This document shows positions 53,801 through 64,000 of a stretch of DNA of 64,000 nucleotides, piece after piece. Positions within the stretch are counted from its first letter, which is position 1. The number at the start of each line of letters is the position of its first letter. Both the position numbers and the translations under genes were made by a program. A model generated the notes under the pieces. It had not been told where the DNA came from. It did no database searches and worked only from the letters and a program-made list of their open reading frames with translations. The DNA is from Phoronis australis (taxonomy: Eukaryota > Animalia > Phoronida), in NCBI GenBank assembly GCA_002633005.1, contig NMRA01000175.1, forward strand, positions 656,734 through 720,733, written 5' to 3'.

Positions 53801-56800
53801 TCCGTCATCAGCTTCTGAATCATAGGAAAATAATTGCCAAAACTCATCAAGATCCTGTGAGGGGTTTAAGAGATACAGCTGCGGATGCCAGACATCGGAT
53901 GCCCGGACAGACAGAGATGACGGCACGCATAATAAAATGCTTCATTTTTCCACTTTTAATGTCAGGGTGTGCAAATTTTTATGAAACATATTCCATTTTC
54001 ACAACTCAAAAACATTTTTTTGTGAGAAGGCAAAAATAAAATATTTTGAGATGCACACGTACTCTATGGCCAATTTCACGTGGGATTATGCTAAATCTAA
54101 GTCTGAGCACTAGACTTACTTGGCAGCACAAACTCCGCCCTCCTGAGGTATCTGCCGTCCCACTTCTATCACTGACTGATAGTGTTCACTCATGGCTTCC
54201 ATCAAGTCTACAAGAGCGTCCTCGTTTGATGCTAGCTGACACCAAAAGTCATCCGGACTCTCTGCATGCGACACATACACCTCTTGACGGTGGCCCACTG
54301 GGATGGTTAAACTGGGAAGAGAGGGAGCTGTTGCACCGGGCTCTACAGAGGATAAAAACAGAGGTTTTGAAAGGTTACAACAGGGGAGACAATTTAGTGG
54401 GAAAATGGTTCACACGACGAAAGAGATAAAGACCACAAATTACAAAACTGTTAAATATGAGATAAATTTGACTCATTGCAAGTTTTTGCCAGTGAAAGAA
54501 AGAATTCACATTGCATCATTCAGGGCTTGGAATGACCAATGACAAAAAAGCGGAAACTTTTACGGCCCAAATCATGCCCGATAACAAGCCTTTGAAATGG
54601 TCAATGTGAACCTTTCCGCGACAAAAATCGGGAGGACTAAAAAAAAAAAACATTACCACCATCAGTAGCATGCGTCTGCGTCCTTTTCGCTCGCCCGTCC
54701 ACTCCCAACCCACACAAATTTGGCTGCAGAGCGGTAGTATTTGTCGCCGCGCTTAACAATAACACGAGCCGCCATTGAAAATCAGACCACGCTTTACCCA
54801 GATGCCCCGGCAATGTTGACAATTTACGTTCCTCCGAAACATAAAGACTTCCGCTTTCCGAGGTGAACGTCGTCTGCAACGCCGCGGTAAGAAAGGAATT
54901 TGCCGCGGAAATTTCATATCAAATCCGATTTTTTTACGCGGAAATATTATAAAAAAAGCGGAAAGCACATTTCAAAAAAGCGGAAATCCGCGTTTCCGCG
55001 GAAAATTCCAAGCCCTGATCATTACCTGTCTCGACACTCTGTTCTGCGACCTTGCCAGACCCTGACCTGTCTGCATCATCCATAGTCGAGGAAACTGCGT
55101 CCTCAGCGACAACTGTCTCAGCCGGTTGTGGTTCAGACAAAAGCAAACTGCCAATATTGGTATCGCCATCCAACAATTTTACTGCACACGGTTCACTAGC
55201 CGAGACAAAATCTGCGGACAACTGTTTGTCTTGTGTCATGGTGGTGAACCTAAGTGTGAAAAGACGCACAAAAGGGAACGTTACATTTTTACGGCTTTTT
55301 TGGGCAACTTGGTATATTTTACTTAGCATAAAATGTATTTTGAACCACCTTTCACACCTACCTCTCTACTTGTTCGTCTGCCCACTCCACAGATGTAACA
55401 CACTCATCCAGGTAACAGTGTACCGCCATCACAGGGATACCCAACAACTCGGGATTCAGGGTCCTTAAGTTCTCGACAGTCACCGAATCCGTGTTTCCAA
55501 AGTCCACGAAATGCACTTCAATTTCATTCCCTGAAAAAAATTCCTTGCAATAATGATTTACCATCAAATACAAGAGAGCACCTGTCCAGTTCTGTGCAAC
55601 CAATACAGTGTCATCACTACAATGCTTGCCAATGAGATGCGTTAATAGTTCTCCAATTTTTCAGACCAGATTCAATGATCTCGTAACAGGGGCATTTTAG
55701 TATCGCAATATCAAACATTTTCCAGTATCACCGCACCATACTGAAGTAAGCTCCATCACCAGATGGCGATAGCGTACTTGTTGGACTGTGCCACATACAG
55801 ATTACCTGTGTCTTTGACGGAGATTTGATGCAGAGGGATTTCACCACTTTTTTATGAACTACTTGCAATCATCACATCAACAAATTTCCATGACTTGTGG
55901 GGCATAATATTCAAATGATTCGCGCAAATATGTTTTAACGTCGCAAAACACCCAACATTTAAATGAGCAATTCGTAATTCAATGGCCTACGTGAGACAAC
56001 AGTTCTACCTGTATATCATTTATTAAGATAAACATACTGGACCCTGAGCCCACAACACTCCCAAGCTAATGAATAGCTTTCAGCTCCAAATTTTTACTCG
56101 GTAGCACCACCAAATGAATATCAATCAGCTAGTGAAACACGTTGCAGAATGTTACAATTGCCATACCTTTAACCTTCACTATCCGGGCCCTGTACCAAGC
56201 GCCATCTGCCGAGTACTTAGCACAGCACGGCATGTTGGTATCCAGCTGTTCCAAGGTCAACTGACCGACAGATTCGGCATAAGCAGCCTCTACTTTGTCC
56301 ATCATCTTATTTAACTGCTCTTCGAAATCCACCAGCTGAACATAGAAGTGACTAGGAGACTCCACGTGACTCACATAGGCAGTTCTCCGGCTCAAAGTCA
56401 AGTCCAGAGGTATGAACTGTGCTCCTGTCGACAGTGACGCAACAGTGGAACTGTCACTGGCATCTGCAGGCCTACCTTCAGGAAGTAGACCTGCTATATC
56501 TGTATTACCGTCAAACAGTTGGACAACAAGAGGTCTAGCAGAAACAAACTTCACCATCAGCTGCTTATCAGACGTACACCTTTCCAATATGGCAGTGGCT
56601 GCATCACTGTATCTAGAAGACTCTGGCAGGGAACACTCTACTGACATCAGGGGGTAGTCAAAGAAAGCAGGATCCAGAGAAAGCACCTCAGATACAGGTA
56701 CCATATCAGCGTTGCCATAGTCGACAAACACGACCGTTACACTGGGATGATGGACTTCAGTGACAGTGCCCCGGTACCACGCTCCGTCCTCGGAGAACTT

Positions 56801-59800
56801 GCAGCAACATGGTAGACCAACTGTAACAGAAGTCGGATGCACGTGATTGGTCGGATTACTGTAGAACGTCTGCAGCTGGTCAGTCAGGTGCTCCAACGAT
56901 TCCTCAATGTTGGCCAATTGGACGAAAAAACTAGACGGCGAGTTCACATGTGTCAGGTAACCCTCAGCAGAAGACCCTGCCGAAAAGGTGGGCGATTTGT
57001 ACGCAAGGGCAGCTGCACTGTCCGTTGAGCTTGAGACAACCGGCTCCTGTACCACTGCTGGAATTGCAGACTCTGTTGACCCAGCCAATTTCATCAGCTC
57101 CACATGAATGATTCGATTCTCACCCTCCGTCTCCGTCAGTTCCACCTCATAGGTACGTCCCTTCTTGCTACAAACCCGTGCAACGAGATGTTTGTCCATT
57201 ACCATTTCACGGAACTTAGACTCCACATCTGCAGACACATTCGTTGGTAGATCGACTAAACAGCAATGAATCCCCTGCGCAGGGACGACTAAAAGACTCT
57301 CAGGCATGCATCTCAGTTGATTACCAGGGACAACCTCAGAGTTACCGTAGTCAACGAAACACACCATGACTTGATCACCATTCAAGGCAGTCACTCTGGC
57401 TCGATACCACTCCTGGTCCTCAGAAAATTTTGCCCCACATGGCTGACCCACCTCCAGTCTAGTTAGCCCAGCACAAGTACTTGTGAAGTGTGTCTTCACT
57501 TGTTCCATCACACCGTCGATGACCTCAAACTTGCTGTTCAGCTGACAATAGAATGAATGCATGTTGTCAACATGCGTGACAGTGAAGTCTACATAAGCAT
57601 CCACTTGTATGTCTTCCTCGCCATACTCCAAAGCCTTTGGTTGTCCCTTGGCCAATGACAAAGCTACTACAGGAGTTGTTTCCTCTCCCCACTCAGTCTC
57701 TTCTTCATGTGACCCTCGTCCCAATGCAGAATGGACATCCCGCTGCTGTCTCATCACTTCCCCGTCACCAAAACCTCCTGTTCGCCTTTGCGTGCGCGTT
57801 TTCGGTCTCACATCCTGAGTTTTCCACTCTGGCAGTGCCCTGTCACCTCCTCCGCGATGGTCAGAGGACCCAGACGATGAATCATTAGTCCTTGCCGGAC
57901 TAGGTCTTTCTGGCTTGCCACTGCGCATTCCCCTGCCAGTATCTTGAGATTTGATGCTCCTTGTCGACGCACCCCCTGAGCTGGTCTGACTACGATTCGA
58001 TCCTCTACCATGGACATGCTTGGCCACATGCTCGCGACACAAGATATCTGCCACACTACCGCCACCTACCATGACCTCCATGTCTACGAGGTACGTGTCA
58101 TTATGTTGAGCTAGGAACTTGCAGACAAAGTTCCCCTTGGTGGCTAGGTCCTCAATGATTGTCGCAGCTCTGATGGGCCACGAGCCCTCGATGGGAACCA
58201 CGCCACGTAGCGAGCACTTGACAGCTAGTGCCGGTATCTGACAGAACTGAGGAGCAATGGTCTTCACGACAGTGCGCGGAACTGTCTCCGTGTTTCCGTA
58301 ATCAACAAACATGACATCAACCTGTGGAAGTAAACAATATGTCATCACTGATATTACGAAATGTTCAAACAACAGTCAAATATGACTATTTCAATGTATT
58401 TTTGCCTATTTCCGATTCATTAGACAAGACACAGAACATAGTGACTGTATAGATTAACAAGATCTAAACAAATTGACAATTAATGCTATGTACAATTGTA
58501 TCGCAATTCGACTGTACAGCTATAAATTGTTCCAGCCCTTAAAAATAACTTGTTTATTAATGAAGACAAGGTCAGGAGGTCGAAAATAAAGTAAAGCCAA
58601 CGAAATCTCAATGATTTTAAAAAACAACAAAATCACTAGAATTCTGCAACAAATAGCCACTTTCATGTTCCAAAAGCTTGGTGGAGATCCATAATTCTCA
58701 GAATTCCTTGTCAACCACCTGCACATCCACTCGAACATTGACCCATTAGAAAAAAATTCAAGTATAAGCAAAAAGCCAACAGCTCTCTAGGCATCCGGTT
58801 AATAGATTTTCTTCAGATTTAGCTTAAAAATAACAACTTTATGACCATTGACAAAGTATATATTGCTCTCGGTTGTAACGAAAACCGTATTTATCAAACA
58901 TTACCTGGTTGCTATGGTACCCGCCAACCCTTGCCCTGTACCAGCCCTTGTCTTGGGAGAACTGTGCAATGCACATAGTACCATTGATAATGTTGAGCTC
59001 TGCCTCCTTGGAGGGGGGAAGGCCACTGTAGTGGGCGTGTATGGCTCCCATCAACTCATCCAGGTCACTCTGCTTGGACACTAACTGACACCAGAACTCA
59101 TGCGGGCTAATTGCCCAGCTGACAATCACCTGCAGTTACAAGAGCTTCAAATCAAAACCAGGAAGTTACAGGGTAATTGTTATAACGCGAATGACACAAA
59201 CATATCACAAAGCAAATACACTGAACTACTGATGATCCTCATCCTTACTTACTGAACATCAGTCTAAAGAGAATAGAACGCCTCTAGGAATCACTACTAT
59301 AAAGTTGGCAAAGCAAACCTATGACAACCACAATTATTGCACATTCACTTTCTTGACGAGAAAATTACCTCAGCTGCCTCTCCACTAGAAATATCCATCT
59401 CGGGTAGGTAAGAAGAGTTGGAGCGTTTCCTTTGAGGAGGGACATTGGTCTTTTGAGATGCATGGTGCTGGACAGGGTCGGATTCACGTCTGGGACTGGC
59501 TCGGGCGGACACAGATGGTGTCGAGACCAGAGACACCGACGGTGAGTGGAAGTTTTCACCACCCATAACTCGATTGATGTTTAGCTCCGCCTTCTTCACG
59601 TCAATCAATTCCAGCATGCACCTGCCATGACGGTCAACAGACTCCACCTTGGCGACGAGATTGTTTTCTACTAGCATTTCAAATTTCTTCTTTTCCTCTG
59701 CAGACCATTCCCCACTGCTGGGCAACACCCCAAATAGACAACACCTGATGGCTTGGGCGGGGATGGTCAGAAATTCCGCCTCTATTGTCTTCAAGTCACC

Positions 59801-62800
59801 CGGTTCCACCTTCTCCCGGTTACCATAGTCAACAAAGTGAGCCTCGACCCATCGGCCAGATGTGTTCACTATCTCAGCACGATACCACTCCTGGTCCTCT
59901 GGGTAGCGTGCCACGCACACCAAGCCTGGACGAATGTTCTCACACACCAACTCCCCTAAAGGCAGCGACTCATACCGCTGCTTCATTCGACCCATCATGT
60001 CCTGCAGAGAATCAGCGTTCTTTATTAGTTGGCAGTAGAAATCGTTCGGGTGATTAGTGAAAACAACAAAGACATCCAAATACTCCCCGTCTTCAACCTC
60101 CAGACTCTTGAAACAGTTCAGCGGTAAGCCAACAGAGGCCTTCCCCATATGGAACTGAGCACTAGCCGGTTTAACCTGACGAGGAGGTGACTTGGGACTG
60201 ACCCTAGGTGGCAACATGACATTCCCTGGGGAGCGCGACACTTGTGGAGGGGACTTGAAGCCATCACTGCCATCTCTAAGGGACGATACAAAGAATAATT
60301 AAAATCAACATACAACACATACAAACGAGTATAATACCATAAAATTTATTACTGTAGTGTGGTGAATTTCCTTCATTGAAATAGTTACTTCACAATCTCT
60401 CAAACAACTGTAATACGCACCACGACTGTTTACACAGTAGCATTAGAATCAATTAAAGCATTGTTGGTCATTTTGCCAAATATTCCCAGTAAAATGATGC
60501 ATTACATAACTACAGGTCATTTTCAGAAAACAAGTGTAACTGCCGCCAAAACAGGAAAGTATACATCAAACTACTTCATAACCATTTCTGAGTTAGTCTT
60601 TAACATTATGCAGAACCTTACAGACAAGTCAGGGTATTTCACCAACTATATACAAAACTATAGATTTTAACTTTAAAGCATGTATTTTCTCAAAGCAAGA
60701 GACTTGTAGAATTTGCTGGTTGATTTTTTACTAATCTGCCATTGATTGGGACACGTGACCACGTCTTTTACATAAAATTTACCAAAAAGAAAGGTATATT
60801 GATAGCAAGACAACAGGTATCAAAAACATAACCAACTTTGATACAAATGTTCAAGATGAAAACTCAAAACCAATGTTAAAGTTTTTAGTATTTTGTTTTT
60901 TCGATTTACGCAACTTTTGACTTATTTCATGAATATTATTATAAGTCCTACCTTCTGATATCTCCTCATGCAAATATTGGACATTTCAAAAACCATTCCT
61001 AATAGTCTTTTGGAGAACAGTGCATGGAGCACAGCAAGTTAATAGAATTTGGACATTTTTCAAGGATCCAAAATAACCTTACGTTATTAGCTTCAGAGAT
61101 TGCTCGTTGAACTGTAGCCTGGACGTAACTCCTGCTATGTATTAAAGTATTATCAACTCTAGTGCTAATATCATAAAATCCTAATTTCAGATTATACCCA
61201 GGTTAATGATTTTGGAGGAATGTGATCGCTGCAATTGACCTGTCGCCAGGATTTTGAGTGACGGCTCAACTGATCAATCAGAACGCACACTTGACACACC
61301 TTCGTTTCCAAGCCGCCATTTTACACTTTGTCAGGTGAAACTTATTGTTTGTTTGCTGAGTGTCACACGACTTTTCGCAAGGGGACGGAGCTTGCGATAG
61401 GTCAATTAACTCAGTTGACAGACACATTACAACACTCGCTGTCGATCAGTCTTAACCAGTCAATCATGACATTACCTTGGTGACGTCACAGCCAAGTATT
61501 TCTGAACCTTTTGCAGCACTTGTGCGTTCTGCTTGTCTTCAGTCACGCAGCAGGTGTAACAACGGCCCTTCTTGCCAACAAAACGCACCTGTCAAACACA
61601 GACACATCTGTTAGCATCATTTAAAGCCTTGTGTTGTGCCATTTTTGAAAACCACCATTTTCGTTTGTGTTTTGGGATGGAACCCTTTGCCTTGTTTTTT
61701 TTAATATGGAGAGTTAGCGTTCACAAAATGTGATAAAACTAAGGACCAAGTAGTGTTTGTTGATTGCTTCAACTGCAAAAATTTACTAAAACACATCTCA
61801 CAAAGTTCTTAAATGTCACAGGGATGTCCCAATGATCACAGCTTATTTGGTGCTTTATGTCTGTGTAAGTGATATCAAGTTTGGTTTTGTCACATACGCC
61901 AGACACAATATTTGTCAGTGATAAAAGATGAATTTCATACTTTTACAATTTCACATGTAAAAAGGAACCACCACTTGATGGAGGATAAAAATCAAACAAA
62001 ACACAAAGATTGACTACTTGAGCTACATTCTGGCTCTTAACTTAATTTCGAAGACTTTCCACACTTACAGTGATTGTCTGCTCCGTAAATATCCCACTGA
62101 GTTCCTCTTCCCAGAGCTGTTCTAAGCCGGCAATGACAAAGTTGACAGAGATACGTGACGTCTCTATGAACTGAGAGGGCAACACCTTGAGCACACTGAA
62201 AGGTTTCAACTCATGGTTCCCGTAATCGATAAAGCAGACATCCGCCTGTTGACCAGTGACACTCAAAACCTAACGGAACAGAAATTTAATAGAATGCTAA
62301 TGTGACTCACTACAGCTGTGCTCTCTACAACTGAAAACCCAATATATGCACTGAAGCGCGTACTGCGCCAGAAACGAATAGTGGCAGACGTGCACTGCAC
62401 TAAAAAGCACTTACAGCTGAACTGTCTTAGTGCGCATTTACCAGGCACTTCAGAAGAACACTTTACTGATTACTATACAGATATTTTTTATTTAAAAGCA
62501 CTACCAAGCAATGCTCTCCACACATGAAAATCTAAACATTTGAGAAGGCCCATAGTTCAAAACCATGGGGGGTCAGTCAAACATGTCACAGTGCCATGGG
62601 GACACATCAAAACTGGTGGTGGAGAACTCCAAAGAGAGAGATTGGAACCCTACCAGGAACTATCTTCAATTGGCTTGTAGGCATGGACAAGATTGGGTAC
62701 AGTGCATGAAAAAGAATCAAAATAGAAGCATTTGACATTGACTCTTTCGCATTGTGAGAGCACAAACTTAAAAGGTGACTTTTGTTTGACTCAATTTCTA

Positions 62801-63874
62801 ATTCTGGTGTTCAAGGACAGTAGTTAACCAAGATGAAACATCGAAAACATTCAAGTCTGGTCAACATGCCACCTGTGGTCAAAACACACGACCTAATGAA
62901 CATAGGTTTGAAAAGATTTTTGCCCCAACGGGGACCCGGGAAAGAAATCTTTTCAGACTTATGTCCATTAGGTCACGTGATGTGGCCACAGGTGGCGTGC
63001 TGAGCAGACTAAGAAATGTTTACGACATACATTTGAATGCCAGTTTAAGATTTATATATTTATGAATATGAAACAGTTTTTCATTTGTGAAAATTTAGAT
63101 CTATACATTGGACTTTGTTCTGTCCAGCATTTGAACACCTCACAGTACAACAACAGTGATTTGTCATGCTTTAAATCTTCATCCAAGTTACACGAGAAAA
63201 CTGTAGGGGGCGTTACACATTTGCAAATAGGCATCCTGCTTCAAATGTTGCTCAAATTACATTATTAAAGTTATGCCTTGTACATAAGATGTACCGAGAA
63301 ACAAGAGTCCACCAGTGCCATAAATTGCCAAATGTAATGACCTGTTAGGCCTATTGGCTTTCTTTTGTCTACATCACCACGAGAATCATCTTTTAATTCT
63401 AACAGTTGTGAGTAACACCTGCACGTAATAATGTTTTATTTAGACCCCTATTCAATGAAAGTTATCGGCCATTTGCTGTTTGTACTGGATTTTCGCGGTG
63501 ACACAATATGGCACGAAAAGGCAACTTTACCTATTACTTAACATGCCTACATTTGAGTGATTAAACTCGCATTTTCTTATTTTGCTAAGGCTTTGCTAGG
63601 ACTATCTGGTTAGCCTCATACATGTATCTAAAATAACTCCATTGAACTTGCACTTTAAAACAAGCTCTTGATTTCTGACCAACTGTCTGAAAAAACTCCA
63701 GACTCGAAATCCTCAAAGGAAGTTTGACAACAGAGCCTTAGTTACCTGTCCCCGGTACCAAGCGCCATCTTCAGTGAACCGAGCACAACAGTAGTCTCCA
63801 ACTGCAGGGTCTGGTAAGATAGGACTACTGTCTGAACACGCATCATCTAAATCTGACTGGAGTTTGTCTAGCAC
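32801..63874 (-). CDS. Multi-Tudor-domain protein (Tudor/TDRD6/TDRD15/TDRD1-like germline scaffold); 3' portion with 12 extended Tudor domains, 5' end beyond the window
   Basis: About 25 exons (approximate coordinates): 63746-63874, 62069-62269, 61476-61588, 59370-60275, 58905-59129, 56167-58321, 55362-55531, 55026-55248, 54119-54342, 48979-50263, 48205-48468, 44694-45231, 43819-43982, 43323-43423, 40860-41031, 40227-40430, 39677-39865, 38269-38538, 37826-37935, 37399-37597, 36703-36849, 35550-35651, 34816-34974, 33474-33651, 32801-32820 (inferred last exon GATEES*). Twelve repeats of [F/Y/W]xxDxxWYR...[F/Y]xD[Y/F]G[N/D], with flanking SN-like segments (P..F[WY].QL; PAQA..C.L). Exact orthology cannot be determined here. 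Confidence 0.92.
34156..34724. mobile_element. PIF/Harbinger-type MITE (569 bp) with ~42-bp TIRs and 3-bp TSD TCA
   Basis: TCA|GGGCTGTTCCAGTAAAATCTGTATGGGAGGGGAGGGAAGGCA ... TGCCTTCCCCCCCCCTCCCACACAGATTTTGCTGGAACAGCCC|TCA, with internal short repeats (accacccgtaatttttt). A 3-bp TNA TSD with GGG ends fits PIF/Harbinger. Confidence 0.88.
35700..35958 (+). mobile_element. Penelope-like retroelement 3' remnant (C-terminus of GIY-YIG endonuclease)
   Basis: Plus strand reads TGHDFNTDVTILDCEEDWFKRGVKEALH, then after a frameshift LNRRGGSRFDFSHV*. This matches the PLE endonuclease tail pattern GH.F....ILD.E..WF.RGVKEA...LNR.GG. A hammerhead-like remnant follows at ~35922-35948. Confidence 0.75.
36233..36314. 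repeat. 14-bp minisatellite (tccttgccagggcg) x ~6
   Basis: Directly visible tandem copies with two or three substitutions. Confidence 0.92.
37111..37362. mobile_element. Older, shorter copy of the CAGGGCTTGGAAT MITE family
   Basis: tagggattggaatgaccaatgacaaaaaag ... aattccaagcccc match the ends of the 54521-55017 element. Confidence 0.7.
38630..39240. mobile_element. Degenerate long-TIR MITE-like element
   Basis: Inverted blocks: gctattgtcattatcaaggataaaatttcttaataa / tttaataaaattgatccttggtaacgaagataatagc, and aaagcaatgtcca..tgttcatgat / attatgaacaaatgagcattgcttt. Confidence 0.55.
39583..39674. repeat. 43-bp tandem duplication adjacent to a Tudor exon splice donor
   Basis: tgacctattttggctatacaaggttatcactggctaacagat x2 plus a partial third copy. 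Confidence 0.88.
41782..43220 (+). mobile_element. Helentron-like non-autonomous element (HINE / pearl / DINE-1 architecture), copy A
   Basis: Starts AACAAGAGCAACGCGGAGCATTGAAATGCGCCCAC, has internal ~145-bp tandem monomers, and ends in hairpin ATGCACCCACATATAAATATGTGGGCACAT + A run. The subterminal IR is ATGCGCCCAC/GTGGGC(G/A)CAT. No TSD. Confidence 0.85.
45653..47451 (+). mobile_element. Helentron-like non-autonomous element, copy B
   Basis: Same AACAAGAG start and tandem monomers, a GACG/GACA microsatellite (47378-47404) and terminal hairpin ATGCGTCCACATATAAATATGTGGGCGCAT-AAAAA. Confidence 0.87.
48485..48563. repeat. ~40-bp tandem duplication near a Tudor exon splice acceptor
   Basis: atgtagtcagcaatttacaaaaaa..tcaactgt(t/c)gtctt occurs twice. 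Confidence 0.8.
50573..53935 (+). mobile_element. Helentron-like non-autonomous element cluster C (nested or tandem copies)
   Basis: AACAAGAG start at 50573 and a second 5' module (gaaatgcgctcacgaatgcattgc) at ~51040. A full terminal hairpin lies at ~52677-52710, after which monomers resume to a second microsatellite end at ~53880-53935. Confidence 0.85.
54521..55017. mobile_element. MITE (497 bp) with 13-bp TIR CAGGGCTTGGAAT and 6-bp TSD ATCATT, hAT-like ends
   Basis: ATCATT|CAGGGCTTGGAAT...ATTCCAAGCCCTG|ATCATT, with subterminal GCGGAAA/TTTCCGC repeats. Confidence 0.88.
62855..63010. mobile_element. Small palindromic MITE-like repeat; arms dispersed elsewhere in the window
   Basis: agtctggtcaacatgccacctgtggtcaaaacacacgacctaatgaacatagg...cttatgtccattaggtcacgtgatgtggccacaggtggcgtgctgagcagact. 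Single arms occur at ~8698-8730, ~9808-9840, ~12108-12150, ~22915-22960 and ~23165-23213. Confidence 0.7.
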
Positions 63875-64000
63875 CTGCGAACATACATTCATCAAGTCAG
63901 TTAAGGCGTTAAAAACCAAAGGCAAAGTGTATCAGACTAAAGCAATCAGCTAAATAACATTCTCTCCATCTCTACTTCGACAAATCCAAAGATTATACAT

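Noticed and set aside
41782-53935. CRISPR-like appearance of regularly spaced CCACTAG motifs
   Set aside because: Intervening sequences are homologous to each other rather than unique spacers, the context is eukaryotic introns, and there are no cas genes.

Overview
Intron-rich, AT-rich animal genomic DNA, probably a lophotrochozoan such as a mollusc (inferred from repeat types only). There are five protein-coding genes, which I spliced by hand. The 5' part of GCDH (-) is head-to-head with a complete 12-exon FARSA (+). A complete YIPF1/2 (-) is head-to-head with a 2-exon TIMM29 (+). The 3' ~31 kb of a very large Tudor/TDRD-type gene (-) encodes 12 extended Tudor domains within the window. Introns carry many non-autonomous mobile elements: a 691-bp palindromic hAT-type MITE, a Harbinger-type MITE, a tRNA-derived SINE head, a Penelope remnant and Helentron-like (HINE/pearl-type) elements. 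Three observations stand out. (1) The Helentron-like elements hold ~145-bp tandem monomers that each carry a co-oriented CTCF-consensus motif, roughly 40 in three introns of the Tudor gene. (2) All four housekeeping genes have human counterparts on 19p13, as two neighbouring pairs. (3) A 1.1-kb duplication of FARSA exon 5 across a single N looks like the empty and MITE-filled alleles of one locus assembled in tandem. No prokaryotic systems, CRISPR arrays or rRNA were seen. Coordinates and counts are manual.
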